Source: an uncultured bacterium | GTDB lineage: Bacteria > Planctomycetota > UBA1135 > GCA-002686595 | Assembly: GCA_943787795.1 (NCBI GenBank) | Contig: CALSNU010000005.1 | Coordinates: 32,001-96,000, forward strand | Reading direction: 5' to 3' | DNA: 64,000 nt | Shown here: positions 63,481 to 64,000 of the stretch, in pieces | Layout of the letters: every line of letters begins with the position of its first letter | How positions within the stretch are numbered: position 1 is the first letter of the stretch | Translations under genes and position numbers: made by a program | The notes under the pieces: generated by a model | The model's input: only the letters and a program-made list of their open reading frames with translations | Told to the model about the DNA's origin: nothing | Database searches by the model: none

Positions 63481-64000
63481 CTAGAACTCCTCGAGGGGGA
63501 CCTGGAAGCGCTCCCGGAGGATCGTCGCGAGCTCGCGGAAGTCGTTCACGATGAACTCCGGGTTCGCGGCCTCGACGTCCTGCCCCTCGCGTGCGGCGCG
63601 GCGGATCCAGGCCGTGTGCATGCCGATGCTCACCGGCGGGACGATGTCATGGGCGAGGTTGTCCCCGACGTAGAGGACCTCGCCGGGGAGGAGGCCCATC
63701 TCACGCAGGGCGTGCTGATACAGCTTCACGTTCGGCTTGCTGATGCCGACCTGGTCCGAGATGAAGATGTTTCGCGGGCCGAGCAGCGGAACGAGCCCGA
63801 GGCGAATGAGCTTCTCCGACTGCTTGGTCGTCCACCCGTGGGTGATGATGCCCGTGCGGATCTTCGCCCTCGAGAGCGCCTTGAGGAAGGGCTCGACGTC
63901 GTCGAACGCACAGAGGCCTTTGAACTTGGTGTCGTGGTAGGCCGCCATCCCGGCCGCCACGATCAGCGCCGGGTTCACGTCGCGCTTCTGGTGGGGGGGG
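63481..64000 (-). CDS. HAD-superfamily IA hydrolase, 5' truncated
   Basis: GIITHG...Q.EKLIRLGL, ISDQVGISKP, YVGDNLAHDI and GMHTAWI. The frame is open to the window edge. Confidence 0.88.
   Translation of the reverse strand, partial: PPHQKRDVNPALIVAAGMAAYHDTKFKGLCAFDDVEPFLKALSRAKIRTGIITHGWTTKQSEKLIRLGLVPLLGPRNIFISDQVGISKPNVKLYQHALREMGLLPGEVLYVGDNLAHDIVPPVSIGMHTAWIRRAAREGQDVEAANPEFIVNDFRELATILRERFQVPLEEF

Overview
High-GC bacterial chromosomal window, probably from a planctomycete. This is an inference from an ACIII-caa3 operon, FG-GAP proteins and a secreted beta-helix protein whose C-terminal domain I associate with uncultured Planctomycetota. Contents in order: a porin / FMN-binding / 4-TM membrane-protein cluster behind two Fur-like boxes; a PDZ plus two FG-GAP protein operon; an ABC exporter; a HEAT-repeat gene and comEC, which read as one frame as sequenced; coaD, ridA, ychF; a methyltransferase; a secreted beta-helix protein; modABC; crcB; a lipid kinase; two divergent oligopeptide ABC operons flanking a Tat SnoaL-like protein and a serine hydrolase; regB-regA; a complete alternative complex III plus caa3 oxidase operon; and a truncated HAD hydrolase. 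Main discovery: two short minus-strand ORFs (17308-17538 and 16762-17235) are in the same frame and appear to be one 290-aa secreted c-type cytochrome gene (16666-17538). It has two in-frame UGA codons, each followed by a SECIS-like hairpin, so it is a candidate double-selenocysteine cytochrome c, possibly with Sec as the axial heme ligand. Also noted: a candidate GGA-rich sRNA, a homopolymer-dependent comEC fusion, recurrent intergenic minisatellites and leaderless-type promoters. I recognised no rRNA, tRNA, CRISPR array or transposase. All calls are by eye and no searches were run.
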